NCBI GenBank assembly: GCA_963733195.1
Contig: CAVTCR010000012.1
Span: forward strand, 32,001 to 96,000
Length of the DNA: 64,000 nt
Direction of reading: 5' to 3'
Origin: an uncultured delta proteobacterium
Lineage (GTDB): Bacteria; Desulfobacterota; Binatia; Bin18
Program-made: the position numbers and the translations under genes
Part shown: piece after piece, positions 59,201-64,000 of the stretch
How positions within the stretch are numbered: the first letter of the stretch is position 1
How the letters are laid out: each line of letters starts with the position of its first letter
Notes under the pieces: generated by a model
Database searches by the model: none
Told to the model about the DNA's origin: nothing
Seen by the model: only the letters and a program-made list of their open reading frames with translations

Positions 59201-59722
59201 TGTCCGTACGGCCCGCTGTGCATCTTCCTCGTGGGCATTGGGATAGCCGAAGTAGATCAGCAGGCCATCGCCCAGATATTGCGCGATATGCCCATCAACA
59301 CGGTGGACCACCTCCGCACAGATCTCCTGATACGTCTGCACTACCTCCCGCCACTCTTCTGGATCCAGGCGCTCGGCGAGCGCCGTGGAGTCCACCAAGT
59401 CACAGAACATCACGGTGAGTTGGCGCCGCTCGGCTTCCGGTGCAGCGGGATGCGATCTCAGAGGAGGTATGGAGTGGTCTGCGCGTTGCCGGGATAAACG
59501 CCCGGCCGGCTGACCCGCGGTTTTCTGGGCTTTGCGCTTGGGACTTTTGGCTTTCGGCGCGGTCTCGCTCGCCCCCAAAGCAGTCCCGCACTCTGCACAG
59601 AAGCGGGCCTGGGGCAGATTCTCTATCCCACAGCTGGGACAGCGGTGTTCGAGAGGCTTCCCACAGCCGATGCAGAACTTGGCTCCCGCAGGATTCTCAC
59701 CCCCACAGCTTGGACACTGCAT
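56271..59722 (-). CDS. Double zinc ribbon-class III cyclase-STAND ATPase-TPR protein, frameshifts in the TPR region
   Basis: CPSC..FCIGC..CPSC..FCAEC; MFCDLVDST, LGDG, NIAARLQ; GEPGIGKS, WEDVHW; FKHALIQDAAY; tail WFTEGFDTKDL. Confidence 0.88.
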
Positions 59723-59778
59723 GGTGTCTCTTTACCTCTTCTGGCTTTCCGGGCAAGGCAAACGACTGGTCCCAGCAA

Positions 59779-60395
59779 TCAGGCAGCGATCCTCTCTCGC
59801 GTGCGCGCCGTCTGCTGCACGCCATCGACATACTGTGCACCGGCATAGACGGCGGGCAGCAACTCCGCTCCTTTGCAGCGTCGAAATGTCGATTCCGCCA
59901 CTTGCAATAGCTTCCAGGTCATCGAGTCGTCGTGCTTCCATGCCTCATACTCCACCTGCCATTGGGTCTTCAGCCGCAACAAGGCGGCAGGAGACAGCGG
60001 CGCACCTTCGCCCAAAAGACCTCGCAACGCTAGCTCGAAATCTCCCAAGGCTAAGCCGTGGAGATCGAGTTGGGGCAGTAACTCTCCCACTTCTTTGGTC
60101 TGGCGTTTGAACAGCGGCAATACGCGACTGCAAACCGCTCGTTGAGGTCGCGGACCGGGGCCGGACGGTAATGTCCCATTGGTCAACGTGAGCCGCCGGG
60201 GCTTGCCATAGCCATTGCGATGCCTGGGCGGCATCGACCGCCTCTCGCCGGGCTGACTTCGTGCGTCCTAATAACTCGTGACTTCTTCTTCCAACAGCGC
60301 TTGGATGAACTGCGGATCTATTCCCGGACAAAGTCTTCTAAGCGCTCCCACGTATTGCTGGCCTTCGGCTCTGGGGTGGTGGCCTTTTGCGTCAT
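59779..60395 (-). pseudogene. IS256-family transposase remnant, internally deleted
   Basis: RNGYGKPR.LT, LPQL.LHGLALGDFELALRGLLG joined directly to WKLLQVAE..FRR; the DDE core is missing; in-frame stop near the 5' end. Confidence 0.8.
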
Positions 60396-60586
60396 GGCGT
60401 TTCTCCTTCTCTGCCCGGGCTCAAAACCCGGTGTGTTAGGTCACCTGAGAGGATACGTCGCCTAACCCGTGTTTCCACACCTTTGGGTTATACCTCTTTT
60501 CCCTCTTAATTCTTCATTAAAGGCCAAGGGCCTTAGCAATGTTCACCCCGCTGAATGTCATCGGTCCGCAGTATCCAACCCGGCAA

Positions 60587-61586
60587 GATGTTGTCAAGGG
60601 AACAGCGTGGGGCTACACCTGCTACTCGATTATGTCAGAATTCGCCCCAATAGGAAGTAAAGTCTTGCGGTGGTCTCACTTCCTGTTCTTTTATGCTGCT
60701 GCCAAGGAGGTCAGGAGAATTCGTGTACGAGCTGTGTGGAGGAGCCGCCGTTGCGCAAGCGATATGACCTCATTCCGGTATGACCTCGGGCGCAGAAAGT
60801 TCCGGACTTCATCATGCACGCGGCAAAAGCGTTTCGCCGACTCGACACTTTTGAAGCCCCCCATCGGCCGTATGCGCTGTTTGATTCCTCTATGGTCCTG
60901 TTCCAGGTGGTTGTTCAAATAGCGGTTCGTGCGATGGCGTACCTCCTCCCCTAACGTGGCTTTGATCGCACCGGGATAGGCGTCGTGTCCATCCCTGGTG
61001 ACCCGCTCCGGGACACGACCGGTGACGGTACGTGCGGAGCGAAAGAAGGCTTCTGCCGCTGCCTTGTCCCGTTTCTCGCTCAACAAGACATCAACGAGAT
61101 TTCCATCCCGATCGATCGCCCGGTACAGGTAGACCGAGCGCCCTTTCACTTTGATGAATGTCTCGTCCACATACCAACTCGGCCCGATTCGTCCCTCGCC
61201 GGTGCTTGCGTAGCGTCTCGCTCAACAGCGGGGCGAGCTGCGCTTCCCACTCCCGCACCGCCTCATGGGTAAAGACCAAGCCCCGCTCCAGGAACATTTC
61301 TGGTAGATCCCGCAGACTCAATTTGTAGCGTACGCGCCAGAGCACCACGAGACACACGACATCGGTGGGATACTGCAGGTGGTTAAAGCGTGTGCCGGTC
61401 CGCTCATTGAATTCCCGCTTGCAGGCACGGCACCGAAAGCGTCGGTAGCCGAGCGCGGTTCGTTCTCGTCGTTCAGTCGTGTCAGCCGACTCACAGTGTG
61501 GACACCCCATCGTCCTCCCCTCCTCAAAGCGAATGGCTACACGCTCCTTTTCTCAGACACAAGTTGGGAGGGTTCCTGACAGAGCC
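60587..61586 (-). mobile_element. IS6-family element; transposase 60691-61511 with frameshift near 61190
   Basis: Zn ribbon, YKLSLRDL.EM, DETFIKV, YLYRAID, LNNHLEQDHR; left end GGCTCTGTCAGG at 61586; right end GATGTTGTCAAG is tentative. Confidence 0.8.
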
Positions 61587-62030
61587 AGCTCCAGAGCTCG
61601 TCTACTTCGGCTTCCAGCCGATGCAGGAGCACTCTTTGGGTGTCTGATGCCGGCTGGACATAGAGATGATCCGGAGCTGCGGGAAAACGTTCAACCATGA
61701 ACTGCAGGAGCCAGCGGAGCCCTACCCCTATCACGCGGCAGATCCCACGCAGTGAGATGCGCTCCAGCAACAGTCGTTCAATCACCGCCCGCTGCTCCTC
61801 CGTGATGACATGATTTTCTGGAACAAGGACAAAGGCACGTCCACAGGTTTTGCACTTGTGGTTTTGTTTCTCCGTGTGAATGCGGCCATTCCTCTTATAC
61901 TGTCTCGATCCACATTGGGGACATACCTCTCTTTTGATCATAGTGCTCCCTCTGACCTCCCTCTAGCAGTTCACGGTTCTGGCCAAGGGTAGCACGAATA
62001 CTATGAGAGCCTTACCCGGATAGCACTACC
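61587..62030 (-). mobile_element. IS1-family remnant (5' part), interrupted by IS6
   Basis: End GGTAGTGCTATCCGGG at 62030; CPQC...CKTC, SLRGICR, then EVDELWS cut by the IS6 end. Confidence 0.8.
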
Positions 62031-62654
62031 ATCTGGTGGATGTCTATCTGAGTGAGAAGCGCGACCGGCTGGCCGCCGAGGCATTCTTTCGGTCGGCTCG
62101 GACCGTCACAGAGAGAATACCGGACCGCGTGACCACCGATGGACACAACTCTTATCCCGGAGCCATCAAAGCTGAACTGGGTGGCACAGTCACTCACCGC
62201 ACGACCCGCTACTTAAATAATCATCTGGAGCAAGATCATCGAGGGATCAAGCAACGGACTCACTCGATGTGTGGATTCAAGAGTTTCACATCGGCTGAGC
62301 GGTTCTGTCGGGTCTATGACGAGGTGCGCCGTTTCTTTCGTCCACGATCCCTGCGAACGAAGCGGTATCATTGGCTTGGCAACGGACCTTGCATCTGGGC
62401 CGGATGCGAGTTCTCTTGGCGACGTTAACACTTGCCTAAGGAGCCGCTCAGAAGAGAGAGATTGTCCTGTCCACGACTTGGAAGGTTATTGTCACCTATT
62501 AAGCAGCCGACCAACGGTAAGCCTTTAAAATCAAGGCCTTAGCAGAACCAGACCACGAGCGGACGCTTGGGATTTTGCTAAAAACTCAGACACTTACTGC
62601 TAACCTTCCAAGTCGTGCCTGTCCCGCATCGTTGGCCTGAAAGTTGACAGAACC
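62031..62654 (+). mobile_element. IS6-family remnant (3' part)
   Basis: LVDVYLSEKRD, VTTDG, LNNHLEQDHR; right end AAGTTGACAGAACC at 62654. Confidence 0.8.
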
Positions 62655-63937
62655 AAGCATTTAGCTTCCTGGGCGGGGATGTGTCCGGGGAACAAAGAGA
62701 GTGGCGGCAAGCGCCTCAGTGGCAAAACTCGCAAGGGCAATGCGTGGCTGCGCCAAGTGTTGATTGAGGTGGCCCATGTGGCAAGCCGAACTAAAGCCAC
62801 CTACTTGGTCGCCCAATACCGGCGGATTGCGGCCCGCCGGGGGGAAGAAGCGCCACTAGTAGCCCTCGGGCATACGATCCTAGTAAGTATCTCTGAGATT
62901 ACGCAGCCTGGGCAAACTCCTGTAGGGCCAAAGGATTTTGCGGAATGGATTGGAAAAATAACGACTGTCGGAACGCATAGATCGTTTGTCCGTGCGCAAA
63001 GGCCGTCTGTTGCGTTAACACCAGCGCATACAATCCTAAGTGTAAATGGGCCCACTGCGCTTGGTGTTTTTGGCACGAACAACTGCCCCAGCCAAACTCT
63101 TGCTTCAGCAAACGAAACGTCTCTTCAATCTGTTGCCGATGGGAGTAATGCGCTTTGACTTCACGTACCGTGAGGGTCAGGTCGTTCGTCCCCCAGTAGC
63201 GGCGGCCGTCTTTGACCACCAACACTGGATGGTCGACGCCCCGTAATTCTCCCTGCGCATGCCCATAGCGATGCGGCCATGTCGTCCGGAGAGACTGGCT
63301 CACCAAACTTGCGGTTACTCTTGAGCCGCATCACATAGTGCCAGCCCCAGCCATCGAGCAGATTCATGATCTCGGCCGCCGCATACCAGCTATCACACAG
63401 GACATACGCGGGCTGCAGCCCACGCCGCCGCGCTTGGCGGAGCAACCCGATCGCTAACTCCACTTTCGACGGTCCACCCTTTGCGCCAGATCCGAATCCC
63501 CAGCGGCACCTTCCACTTCCCATTCGTCCATAACAACAGGACCACTTGCATTCCCCACACCGGCTTGCCCACACTACTCGACCACACCCAACTCACCGCT
63601 TCAGCGACACGGGTGAACCGCTCCCAACTGGTGTCATCAATCACCAGATAGCCGCCCATCTGCACGAGCCCTTGCGCGAAAGATTCCCATAGCCGTCGGG
63701 ACCAGGGGACCTTCTGATAGAGGACACGCCGCAAGGTATCGTGCGACACCTGGGCGCACAGGAGCGCTAAACTCACACAACTCGTCCGTGTGTTGCGATA
63801 CAGTAAGCCCATCAGGTACATTGCCATTGCAGGGGTTATTACAGTGCTGATGTTGTCCATAACACCAACATTTTATTGCGCTTTTTAACTCCTGCGTAAT
63901 CCCAGTATCTATTACATCTTCGACCCGTCGCATACCG
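62655..63937 (+). mobile_element. IS110-family transposase fragment, interrupted by the IS701-like element
   Basis: HLASWAGMCPGN.ESGGK...KGNAWLR; ILVS|IYYI continues after 63905. Confidence 0.75.
62893..63905 (-). mobile_element. IS701-like element, complete ends, frameshifted transposase 62899-63860
   Basis: IRs CTGAGATTACGCAG and CTGGGATTACGCAG (13/14), 5-bp target duplication TATCT; LVIDDT, CDSWY, RQQIEE.FR.LKQ. Confidence 0.8.
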
Positions 63938-64000
63938 GGTAGTGTTACTCTTTGGTATTTCTCCGATTTTATACATTCGCCCTAAACTCAAAGCGGTTGA
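63938..64000 (-). mobile_element. Right end of another IS1-family element (continues beyond window)
   Basis: GGTAGTGTTAC terminus; minus strand encodes NRFEF...* resembling the InsB C-terminus. Confidence 0.5.

Larger units (their letters stand above)
54773..60496 (-). mobile_element. IS256-derived cargo element (defective transposase plus two passenger genes)
   Basis: Imperfect 26-bp IRs GAGGTCATGTCAAATAGTGTGTAAAC and GAGGTATAACCCAAAGGTGTGGAAAC (17/26); flanks TTTTCACTC (54764-54772) and TTTTCCCTC (60497-60505). Confidence 0.72.

Overview
Bacterial window of roughly 50-55% GC. Gene content and repeat style suggest a Binatota/deltaproteobacteria-like organism; this is inference only. Many single-base frameshifts in otherwise intact genes point to long-read consensus errors rather than mass pseudogenisation. 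Layout: (1) 1-5.6 kb, hopanoid side-chain genes (hpnK, hpnI, hpnJ) with a hydrolase, a SnoaL-like gene and a PilZ gene. (2) 5.7-32.5 kb, a nitrogen-scavenging island with five readable sigma54 promoters. It holds porin-PII, amtB-GAF kinase-NtrC-family regulator, a nitrate ABC transporter plus porin, bacterioferritin, nirBD, an unusual membrane-anchored nitrate reductase module (NarI-like protein, Mo enzyme, 4x[4Fe-4S] protein, TAT Rieske, small membrane protein), cobA, and an oppositely oriented ATP-grasp/alpha-E/Anbu operon. (3) 32.8-41.8 kb, two NLR-like STAND-TPR genes carrying in-frame palindrome and heptamer insertions, plus toxin-antitoxin-type modules. (4) 41.8-54.7 kb, acyl-CoA and redox metabolism (including ccr), apaG-sufT and an MFS transporter. 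(5) 54.8-60.5 kb, an IS256-bounded cargo element (inverted repeats and a 9-bp target duplication) carrying a third cyclase-STAND-TPR gene and a flavin monooxygenase. (6) 60.6-64 kb, nested IS6/IS1/IS110/IS701 remnants. No rRNA, tRNA or CRISPR array was seen.
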